Below are positions 10,755 through 19,522 of a stretch of 64,000 bases of DNA, piece by piece (within the stretch, counting starts at the first letter, position 1; each line of letters starts with the position of its first letter). Source of the stretch: an uncultured Lachnospiraceae bacterium (lineage in GTDB: Bacteria; Bacillota; Clostridia; Lachnospirales; Lachnospiraceae); assembly GCA_902493385.1 (NCBI GenBank), contig CABUPO010000001.1:197720-261719 (forward strand). Direction: 5' to 3'. The notes beneath the pieces are model-generated. The model saw nothing but the letters and a program-made list of their open reading frames with translations. It searched no databases and was not told the DNA's origin. The position numbers and the translations under genes are program-made.

Positions 10755-12206
10755 TTATTGTATAGTCAGCGCTGATGTCGATACATCAGTCTGAGGGTTG
10801 TTTACCGTAATTACTATCTGAGCCATAAGAGCCTCTCCGCTTGCGGATGCATTGTCAGCCGTGACAGTAATAACCGCTGTTCCCTGGCTTATACCCGTAA
10901 CATTACCCTGTGCGTCTACCGCCGCAACCTGTGTATCAGATGATGCAAATGTATATGCAAGCGTTCCTTTTCCTGTTGCGCCCGCCGGAAGAAGCATACA
11001 TGCAAGCTTTACAGTTTCACCGGCATCAATTGTGCTCTTATCAGCCGTAACTGTAAATGATTCGGCAAATTTTCTCACATATACGGTACATTCTTTAACA
11101 ATGCCTGAGCCGTCCGTAGCCGCCGCCCTTATTACAGCCGTTCCCGGAGCTACTGCCGTAACCTTTCCTTTGGAATCAACCTTAGCAACCGAAGTATCCG
11201 AGGATGTGAATTTAAGCGTCTTGATAGATGCATTAGACGGCGTGCATTTGGAAAGCTTAATTTTGCATGACGTCTGACTGTCGCTTCCTCCAAGATACAG
11301 ATACGCTTTACTCTTATTAAGCGTTACGGACTTCAGCATAATCTTACGATGCACTTTATATTTTACTGTCAGAGACGCTTTTCTTCCTATCTCATCTGTA
11401 AGCTTATATTTTACTCTGTACAGACCTGTCTTTTTTGTATTAATCTTTTTGACACGCTTATACTTTTTGCCGGGAGCCTTATATGCAATAGTATAAGACA
11501 CTTTATCCGATGCGTCAAATCCTGTCGTATTCTTAACCGTAACCGTATCAAGAAGCTTGAATTTTGAGTTGTAAAGTATATCTTTTCCGCCTTTTACAAG
11601 CTTTATGGACGGTTTTTTATTATTATAAGGATTAGCCGGATTAGTATCGTCCGTAGGGTCCCAGCCCGTTCCTTCAGGAAGCTTTATAGCATCCGGTTTA
11701 CCAAGCGGTCCAGGGTCTTTTGAGTTATATATCTCCACAGGAGTTCCTGACGGACAGTATGTATATATCCACTTGGCGTCCCGTACGCTGAGTCTTACGC
11801 ATCCGTGCGATGCAACGCTGCCGAGACGGTTGTATTGGGCATTGGACAATGTTGCAGGATTACCGTTCTCATAATACCACACTGAATGAAACAGGATATG
11901 GCCTGTTATGCGTGTGCAGTACTGTCCGTATACAGGCCCTTCAAGCGTATGCCATCTTATCTTTTCCTTTAAAGAAAAGTTCCCAAGAGGAGTTGCTGTA
12001 CCAACCGAACACACCATAGCTTTATATGGCTTATATTTGCCTTTATCATCAAGTTTATAGATTGTAACACAGTTCTGCTGTTTATTAATACGTATCTTTA
12101 ACGCAGAAGCCGCCTCTGTATGCGACGAGCCGGCCGTCATACCTATACAGAATATAAATGCCGCTCCGGCAGCTATCATAAGTAATCTTCTTACTACGCC
12201 TTTCAT
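10755..12206 (-). CDS. Secreted L,D-transpeptidase (YkuD family) with C-terminal Ig-like (Big_2-type) domains
   Basis: Signal peptide; catalytic motif ILFHS...SHGCVRL; two SSDTxVAxVDxxGxVTxxxxGTAVI Ig repeats. Confidence 0.9.
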   Translation of the reverse strand: MKGVVRRLLMIAAGAAFIFCIGMTAGSSHTEAASALKIRINKQQNCVTIYKLDDKGKYKPYKAMVCSVGTATPLGNFSLKEKIRWHTLEGPVYGQYCTRITGHILFHSVWYYENGNPATLSNAQYNRLGSVASHGCVRLSVRDAKWIYTYCPSGTPVEIYNSKDPGPLGKPDAIKLPEGTGWDPTDDTNPANPYNNKKPSIKLVKGGKDILYNSKFKLLDTVTVKNTTGFDASDKVSYTIAYKAPGKKYKRVKKINTKKTGLYRVKYKLTDEIGRKASLTVKYKVHRKIMLKSVTLNKSKAYLYLGGSDSQTSCKIKLSKCTPSNASIKTLKFTSSDTSVAKVDSKGKVTAVAPGTAVIRAAATDGSGIVKECTVYVRKFAESFTVTADKSTIDAGETVKLACMLLPAGATGKGTLAYTFASSDTQVAAVDAQGNVTGISQGTAVITVTADNASASGEALMAQIVITVNNPQTDVSTSALTIQ

Positions 12207-12354
12207 ATAAATTTTTCCTCCCTTAACACATTTTCTCTGCGTCTAAAAAATTACTATAGCAATATGTTAAATCTGTGTCAAGAGTTACTATTTACATCAT
12301 TGTAATATATCTGTTCTTTTCACATAAATATAATAATTATAAGGAGGTATCAGT

Positions 12355-14952
12355 ATGCACAGCCGCAATACAAGTGAAGTAATACGCTCATTTTCATCAT
12401 CTGAAACCGACGGTTTATCAGCAAAACAGGCGCAGAAGCTGCTGGAAAAATACGGCAAAAACGAACTACCTGCGGTAAAGGGTCCGGGACTTCTTAAAAA
12501 GTTTTTCATGCAGTTTAACGACTTTATGATATATACGCTGCTTTGCGCCGCCATAATATCATTTGCCGTATCATTCATGCATGGAGAACCTGATTTTATT
12601 GAACCTGCCATTATACTTATTATTGTTATGGTAAATGCGTGGGTTGGAGTATTTCAGGAAGCAAAAGCGGAACAGGCGCTTGCCGCACTCAAAAAAATGA
12701 CCGCTCCAATGGCAGCTGTAATACGAGACGGCAGGGTACTGAAAATTGCGGCAAACGAGCTCGTACCCGGAGATATAATCATACTTGATACCGGATGTCT
12801 TGTTCCTGCAGACGCAAGGCTTATATCTGCCAGCAATCTTATGACTGACGAATCATCTCTTACCGGTGAATCGGAGCCTGTCCATAAATACACACACACC
12901 ATACCTTCTGATACTCCGGCCTTTGACAGAGGCAATATGGTATACAGCGGCTGCATGGTCTGTTATGGTCACGGAAAAGCCATTGTATGTGCAACCGGAA
13001 CGCATACTGAACTCGGAAAAGTTGCCGGTATGTTAATGAAAGAAGACTCGCCTGACACACCTCTTCAAAAGCGGCTTGCGGCAACAGGAAAGACGCTCAG
13101 TATATCAGCTCTTTTCATATGCATAATAATATTTGCAGTAGGTATATTCATGCATTACCCGGTACTTGACATGTTTATGACCGCAGTCAGCCTTGCTGTT
13201 GCGGCAATACCTGAAGGCCTCCCTGCCATAGTCACCATAATGCTGTCCCTTGGAGTAACCAGGATGGCCCAAAACAATGCTATAATCCGACGTCTTCCCG
13301 CAGTTGAAACACTTGGCAGCACAACAGTTATATGCTCTGACAAAACGGGAACGCTTACACAAAACCGCATGAATGTTACGAAAATATGCAGCTTTGAAAA
13401 TGAAATTAATATTTCATCCAAACAATACGCCGACATTCTATCCATGTGCGCCCTGTGCAATAATTCAACAATACAAAACGGAAACGTAATAGGCGAACCG
13501 ACAGAAAACGCTCTCCTGTCTGCTGCGGATAATGCCGGTATAAATATAAATTCCCTTATACGTAAAGCAAAAAGGATACATGAAATACCATTTGATTCAA
13601 GGCGAAAGCTTATGACAACGGTGCATAAATCAGGAAACAGTATATTTTGCGTTACAAAGGGCGCTCCCGAAATGCTTATACCATTATGCTCTTCGTATGT
13701 AAATGAATCGTCACAGATTATATCCCTGACAGAGCGAAAAAAACAGTCGCTTCTAAATAAAAGTATAGAATATGCAGCTTTGGGCCTTCGTGTCCTGGCC
13801 GTCTCTTACAAGGATAACATGTCTGATTCTGATATACGGTTTGCTGAATCAGGCCTGACATTTGCAGGCCTTGTATGCATGATTGACCCTCCAAGAAAGG
13901 AAGCGTACGAAGCTGTAAAAGAATGCAGGCGCGCAGGCATCAAACCGGTTATGATTACAGGAGACCATGCCGCAACCGCAGCAAAAATCGCAACAGACCT
14001 TGGAATTTGTTCTTCCAGGGATGAAGTAATAACCGGAAGCGAGCTTACTGCAATGACGGACGACGCTTTGTATAAGCACGTTCGCTCATACAGCGTATAT
14101 GCGCGCGTCTCGCCTGAACACAAGCTGAAAATAATACGCGCACTCCAGCAAAACGGAGAAATCACAGCCATGACCGGCGACGGCGTAAATGACGCTCCCG
14201 CACTCAAAGCCGCAGATATTGGCTGTGCAATGGGTATAACGGGCACCGATGTTGCAAAAAATGCTGCTGATATGATTCTTGAGGACGACAATTTTTCAAC
14301 TATCACGCTTGCAATACGAGAGGGTCGTGGAATATACGATAATATAAGAAAAGCCATTCATTTTCTTATATCATGCAATATCGGCGAAATAATAACTATA
14401 TTTTTTTCAATCATATTCGGACTGTCAGCTCCGCTAAGCGCCGTACAGCTTTTATGGATTAACCTTATAACCGACTCATTTCCTGCTCTTTCGCTTGGAA
14501 TGGAGCCTCCTGACAAAAATATAATGAAAAATCCTCCGATTCCTCCGAATCAGGGAATATTTGCACATGGTCTTGGAGTAAAGGTTGCCGTTGAAGGCGC
14601 ATTTGTGGGAAGCCTCGCGCTTGTCGCATATGCACTCGGACTTAACATAAGTCCTGGCTGCGCAGGCACAATGTGTTTCGCTGTTCTTGGACTTACGCAG
14701 CTTTCGCACTCATTTAATGCCAGAAGTGAAAAGTCATTATTTCAGGCAGGATTCTGCGGTAACAAACACCTGCTTTTATCCGCTGTATTTTGTGCATTCC
14801 TGCAGATAATAACAATATGCGTTCCTGCGTTAAACAGTATATTCGGCACAACTGCCTTAGGCTTAACAGAATGGGCTGCAGTAATTATATTGTCAATTCT
14901 TCCGATACCAATAATGGAACTTCAAAAATTAATCAATAATTTTTTCAGATAA
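12355..14952 (+). CDS. Cation-translocating P-type ATPase (type IIA, Ca2+-ATPase-like)
   Basis: Motifs LTGES, AAIPEGLP, CSDKTGTLT, KGAPE, MITGD and MTGDGVNDAPAL. Confidence 0.93.
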   Translation: MHSRNTSEVIRSFSSSETDGLSAKQAQKLLEKYGKNELPAVKGPGLLKKFFMQFNDFMIYTLLCAAIISFAVSFMHGEPDFIEPAIILIIVMVNAWVGVFQEAKAEQALAALKKMTAPMAAVIRDGRVLKIAANELVPGDIIILDTGCLVPADARLISASNLMTDESSLTGESEPVHKYTHTIPSDTPAFDRGNMVYSGCMVCYGHGKAIVCATGTHTELGKVAGMLMKEDSPDTPLQKRLAATGKTLSISALFICIIIFAVGIFMHYPVLDMFMTAVSLAVAAIPEGLPAIVTIMLSLGVTRMAQNNAIIRRLPAVETLGSTTVICSDKTGTLTQNRMNVTKICSFENEINISSKQYADILSMCALCNNSTIQNGNVIGEPTENALLSAADNAGININSLIRKAKRIHEIPFDSRRKLMTTVHKSGNSIFCVTKGAPEMLIPLCSSYVNESSQIISLTERKKQSLLNKSIEYAALGLRVLAVSYKDNMSDSDIRFAESGLTFAGLVCMIDPPRKEAYEAVKECRRAGIKPVMITGDHAATAAKIATDLGICSSRDEVITGSELTAMTDDALYKHVRSYSVYARVSPEHKLKIIRALQQNGEITAMTGDGVNDAPALKAADIGCAMGITGTDVAKNAADMILEDDNFSTITLAIREGRGIYDNIRKAIHFLISCNIGEIITIFFSIIFGLSAPLSAVQLLWINLITDSFPALSLGMEPPDKNIMKNPPIPPNQGIFAHGLGVKVAVEGAFVGSLALVAYALGLNISPGCAGTMCFAVLGLTQLSHSFNARSEKSLFQAGFCGNKHLLLSAVFCAFLQIITICVPALNSIFGTTALGLTEWAAVIILSILPIPIMELQKLINNFFR

Positions 14953-14959
14953 ATAAACG

Positions 14960-14990
14960 GGAGGGCGGTTGATATACAACAGCGCCCTCC
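14960..14990. terminator. Hairpin between the convergent ATPase and tex genes
   Basis: Stem GGAGGGCG (14960-14967) / CGCCCTCC (14983-14990), with an inner gttg/caac pairing. Confidence 0.6.
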
Positions 14991-14998
14991 ATGTATAA

Positions 14999-17137
14999 TC
15001 ATAATACCATGCTAAGCTGAATCCTTTTCCTGCTAATATCAACTGACAGAATCTTTACTTCTACAATATCCCCGACGCTTACGACCTCAAGCGGATGCTT
15101 CACGAACTTTTTATCTGTGAGCTGCGAAATGTGAACAAGCCCGTCCTGATGAACCCCTATATCAACAAATGCTCCAAAATCAATTACATTACGTACAGTT
15201 CCAGTAAGAAGCATTCCTTCTTTAAGGTCTGATATCTCAAGCACGTCCGTACGAAGAATTGGTTTAGGCATTAAAGCACGCGGGTCTCTGCCCGGCTTTT
15301 CAAGTTCGGATATAACATCAGAAAGAGTCTCTTCGCCTATTCCTATCTGTTCTGCAAGTTCCTTTTTATCTTTTATAAGAGCTTTTATATCAGGTATTCC
15401 GCCCTTAATATCATTTATTTTTAAGCCAATGATATCTATAAGCTTTTTACATGCGTCATATGATTCAGGATGCACGCTTGTCGCGTCAAGCGGATTGTCT
15501 CCGTTATTTATTCTAAGAAAACCCGCGCATTGCTCGTATGCCTTAGGCCCAATTTTCGGCACCTTTTTAAGCTGCCTTCTGTCCGTAAATTTTCCATTCT
15601 CTTCTCTGTACAGAATAATATTTTTAGCGGCGGTTTTCGATATACCCGCAATATAGAAAAGAAGCGGCGCAGACGCAGTATTAAGGTCTACTCCTACTTT
15701 ATTTACGCAGTCTTCGACAACGCCTGCCAGCGCGTCGCCCAGCTTTTTCTGATTCATATCATGCTGATACTGTCCTACTCCGATTGACTTTGGGTCAATC
15801 TTAACAAGCTCGGAAAGCGGGTCTTGAATACGTCTTGCAATAGACGCCGCGCTTCTTTGTCCTACGTCAAATTCAGGGAACTCTTCACTTGCAAGCTTGC
15901 TTGCAGAATAAACCGACGCTCCCGCTTCGTTGACAATCACATACTGCACACCAGAATGGTCCTTTAGTATATCGGAAACAATCTGCTCAGATTCACGTGA
16001 TGCAGTTCCGTTTCCTATTGAAATAAGGTTGATTCCATACTTTTTAATAAGCGAGTCCACAGTCCTTTTTGTCTCTGCAGTTTTATTCTGCGGCATAGTC
16101 GGATATACAACCGTTGTATCAAGCACCTTTCCTGTCGCGTCAACTACCGCAAGCTTGCATCCTGTTCTGAATGCAGGGTCCCAGCCAAGCACAGTCTTGC
16201 CCGCAACAGGCGGCTGCATAAGAAGCTGCGTAAGATTCTTTCCAAACACTGCGACCGCTCCATCTTCGGCCGCTTCGGTCAGCTCGTTTCTTATCTCTCT
16301 TTCCACTCCAGGCGCAATAAGGCGCTCATAACTGTCTTTAACTATATTCTTAAGTACAAAAGAAGTATACGGATTATCTCTTACAATCACCTTTTTTTCA
16401 AGAAACCTTATAATTCTATCAACTGGCGCGCAAAGCTTAACCGTAAGAAACTTCTCCTTTTCTCCCCTGTTAATTGCCAGTACACGATAGCCCGCAATTT
16501 TCTTAACCGGCTCTGAAAAATCATAATAATTTTCATATACGCTTTCTGCCTCCGAATCCTTAGCAGTGGATATTATTAATCCTTCATTTCTTGTCATGTC
16601 TCTTACAGCCATTCTGTAATCAGCATTATCAGATATCTCTTCGGCAATAATATCAGACGCGCCCCCTACGGCTTCTTCCGCTGAAAGCACCTCTTTTTCA
16701 TCAGAAATATATTCACTTGCTATATCCATAATATCCATATCCGCCATCTGCAGCTTTATAATATCTGCAAGCGGTTCAAGACCTTTCTCTCTGGCAATTA
16801 CCGCTCTTGTCTTGCGCTTTGGCCTGTAAGGTCTGTACAAATCATCAACCTCAACCTGCGTCAGCGCTTTCATTATGTTCTGATAAAGCTCCTCAGTCAT
16901 ATAACCTTGTTCTTCTATAGAAGAAATCACCTGCTCTTTTTTGGCAAGAAGGTTTCTAAGGTACTTAAGCCTGTCATCAAGGCTGCGAAGCTCCGCATCC
17001 GTAAGAGAACCGTGCATCTCCTTACGGTATCTTGCAATAAACGGAATTGTATTCCCTTCATCTATAAGCTTTACAACCGCCTGAACCTGCCATACCTTAA
17101 TATCCAGTTCATCTGCTATCTGCTTCTCTATATCCAT
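14999..17137 (-). CDS. tex: Tex family RNA-binding transcriptional accessory protein
   Basis: GNTIPFIARYRKE, DPAFRTGCK, EAGASVYSAS, IGVGQYQHD and a C-terminal S1 domain FGAFVDIGVHQDGLVHIS. Confidence 0.95.
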   Translation of the reverse strand: MDIEKQIADELDIKVWQVQAVVKLIDEGNTIPFIARYRKEMHGSLTDAELRSLDDRLKYLRNLLAKKEQVISSIEEQGYMTEELYQNIMKALTQVEVDDLYRPYRPKRKTRAVIAREKGLEPLADIIKLQMADMDIMDIASEYISDEKEVLSAEEAVGGASDIIAEEISDNADYRMAVRDMTRNEGLIISTAKDSEAESVYENYYDFSEPVKKIAGYRVLAINRGEKEKFLTVKLCAPVDRIIRFLEKKVIVRDNPYTSFVLKNIVKDSYERLIAPGVEREIRNELTEAAEDGAVAVFGKNLTQLLMQPPVAGKTVLGWDPAFRTGCKLAVVDATGKVLDTTVVYPTMPQNKTAETKRTVDSLIKKYGINLISIGNGTASRESEQIVSDILKDHSGVQYVIVNEAGASVYSASKLASEEFPEFDVGQRSAASIARRIQDPLSELVKIDPKSIGVGQYQHDMNQKKLGDALAGVVEDCVNKVGVDLNTASAPLLFYIAGISKTAAKNIILYREENGKFTDRRQLKKVPKIGPKAYEQCAGFLRINNGDNPLDATSVHPESYDACKKLIDIIGLKINDIKGGIPDIKALIKDKKELAEQIGIGEETLSDVISELEKPGRDPRALMPKPILRTDVLEISDLKEGMLLTGTVRNVIDFGAFVDIGVHQDGLVHISQLTDKKFVKHPLEVVSVGDIVEVKILSVDISRKRIQLSMVL

Positions 17138-17269
17138 TATACTTACCTCTCGTCCTTAATAATGTTTACATTAAATATATACAAATAATCTTTTTATGTC
17201 AACGTATACATATAGACACCTCGCTCTCATTAAGATATTATTAATACATAAATAACCGGAGGAATTACT

Positions 17270-19429
17270 ATGGATACAGAAATCAAAGAACTTATAAACG
17301 AAATGACGCTCGAAGAAAAGGTAAGTCTTATACACGGCGCAGGCCTTTTCAGGAACTCAGGGATACCCCGACTTAATATACCTCCCGTCATAATGTCTGA
17401 CGGTCCGCTTGGAGTACGTTTTGACTTTAAAGATGACGAATGGATTAGAACAAATGAAAAAAAATGCATGGTTTCATGGATGATATCAGGCGCCGCGCTG
17501 GCCTCAACATGGAATGAAGAGCTTGCAGAAAAAGTCGGGAATATACTTGGCATGGAAGCCCGGGGACGTGGAAAGGACGTCATTCTGGCGCCGGGAATTA
17601 ATATCCAACGAACTCCTTTGTGCGGACGTAATTTTGAATATATGAGCGAGGACCCATACCTTACAGGAATTCTTGCCGCCAGTCAGATACAGGGCATTCA
17701 AAAAAATGACGTAGCGGCATGCGTAAAACATTTTGCCCTTAATAATCAGGAAACCGACAGAATGGAAGTTGATGTTCAGGCAGATGAACGTACATTATTT
17801 GAACTGTATCTACCTGCATTTTATTCCGCAATAAAGCACGGAGGCGCTTATTCTGTCATGTGTTCCTACAACCGCTTCAGAGGAGCTTATGCAAGCGACA
17901 GCTCTTATCTTCTTACTGATATACTACGTAACAAATGGGAGTATGACGGCGTAGTAATATCGGACTGGGGCGCGGTTCATTCTACAAAGAAAAGCTATGA
18001 AGCAGGCGTAGACCTTGAAATGAGCGTTACATACGATTTTGACGATTATTTCTTTGCAAAGCCTTTGCTTAACGCTATTAACAGCGGGGAAATCAGCACA
18101 GATATTTTAGACGAAAAGTGCGAAAGAATACTTTCAATGTTAAAGCGCATCAAAAAAATCGGAAACGATACTGACAAAAGAAGCCGAGGCGCATACAACC
18201 TTAATTCATCACATGAAACACTGCTTGAAGCCGCAAGGGAAGCCGTCGTTCTTTTAAAAAATGACGATAAAACGCTTCCAATCGACATATCAAAGGCAAA
18301 AAGCATAGCAGTAATAGGCGACGCCGCTGTAAGAAAGCTTGCGCTGGGCGGCGGAAGCTCTGAAGTAGACGCTTTGTTTGAAATAACGCCGCTTATGGGA
18401 ATATCAATGCTTGCCGGCGGTCTTACCGATGTACGCTACGCTCCGGGTTATTATGTCGATAATGAAGAAAACACCTCTGGAGATGTAAACTGGCAGGCTG
18501 ACAGCCTTGATTCCTCAGCAGCATCATCTGACAGTCAGACTTCAGATAACCTTGCAAAACAGAGAGCGCTTTTAAATGAAGCAGTACAGCTTGCAAAGGA
18601 ATGCGACGTTGTAATATACGCAGGAGGCCTTAACCGTTCGCATGATACGGAAGGCTTTGACCGCACGTCATACGAACTGCCATATAATCAGGATGCGCTT
18701 ATAAATGAACTGCTTAAAGTAAGGCCTGATATGATAATATCAATTAACGCAGGCTCGGCGGTAAAGCTTTCTTCATTTGCCCACAAAGCTAAAGCCATCC
18801 TCTGGAGCTCAATGCCCGGAATGATGGGAGGGCTTGCGCTTGCCGAAATCATTTTCGGACAAACCAACCCGTCAGGAAAGCTGCCCGTATCCTTCCCTGA
18901 AAAAATAAGCGACTGCCCTTCTTCTAATATAGACGGCAATTATTCGGAAGGACTTTATGTTGGCTACAGATATTATGAAAGCAAAGGCATCTCCCCACTG
19001 TACAGCTTTGGTCACGGACTTTCTTATACCGATTATGAATACTCAGATATTAAAGCAGAATTTGCAGAAAATAGCTTATTATATAATACTGATACAATAT
19101 ATAATATACGCTGTCGGCTTAAGAATACAGGCATAGTTTCAGGCAAAGAAACCGTCCAGTTATATATAACCCCTGTTGACCCAGACACAGACAGACCGCA
19201 TCTTGAACTGAAGGGCTTTAAGAAAATATATCTTGAACCCGGCCAGGAAACGGAAGTCACCTTTAACCTCACGCCTGCGTCATTTGCATATTACGACATA
19301 GAATCCGGCTCCTACAGAGCCGATAAGGGCAGCTACATAATTAACATTGGCAGCGCATGCAGTGATATTCGTTTACAAACAAATATCTGCCTTGACAAAG
19401 ATTATACAGGCATCGCATCATTAATTTAA
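17270..19429 (+). CDS. GH3 beta-glucosidase/beta-xylosidase, cytoplasmic
   Basis: MTLEEKV, SDGPLGVR, GRNFEYMSEDP, CVKHFALN, nucleophile motif VISDW, PSGKLP and a C-terminal Fn3-like domain; no signal peptide. Confidence 0.95.
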   Translation: MDTEIKELINEMTLEEKVSLIHGAGLFRNSGIPRLNIPPVIMSDGPLGVRFDFKDDEWIRTNEKKCMVSWMISGAALASTWNEELAEKVGNILGMEARGRGKDVILAPGINIQRTPLCGRNFEYMSEDPYLTGILAASQIQGIQKNDVAACVKHFALNNQETDRMEVDVQADERTLFELYLPAFYSAIKHGGAYSVMCSYNRFRGAYASDSSYLLTDILRNKWEYDGVVISDWGAVHSTKKSYEAGVDLEMSVTYDFDDYFFAKPLLNAINSGEISTDILDEKCERILSMLKRIKKIGNDTDKRSRGAYNLNSSHETLLEAAREAVVLLKNDDKTLPIDISKAKSIAVIGDAAVRKLALGGGSSEVDALFEITPLMGISMLAGGLTDVRYAPGYYVDNEENTSGDVNWQADSLDSSAASSDSQTSDNLAKQRALLNEAVQLAKECDVVIYAGGLNRSHDTEGFDRTSYELPYNQDALINELLKVRPDMIISINAGSAVKLSSFAHKAKAILWSSMPGMMGGLALAEIIFGQTNPSGKLPVSFPEKISDCPSSNIDGNYSEGLYVGYRYYESKGISPLYSFGHGLSYTDYEYSDIKAEFAENSLLYNTDTIYNIRCRLKNTGIVSGKETVQLYITPVDPDTDRPHLELKGFKKIYLEPGQETEVTFNLTPASFAYYDIESGSYRADKGSYIINIGSACSDIRLQTNICLDKDYTGIASLI

Positions 19430-19437
19430 CTGCAGAA

Positions 19438-19489
19438 TAAAAAGCCATTGTTCCATAACCCGGTCAGGTTATTTCACAATGGCTTTTTA
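19438..19489. terminator. Bidirectional rho-independent terminator
   Basis: TAAAAAGCCATTGT ... ACAATGGCTTTTTA between convergent genes, with T tracts on both strands. Confidence 0.8.
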
Positions 19490-19522
19490 ATTAATTGATG
19501 TATCTATATATAATTCTTAATA

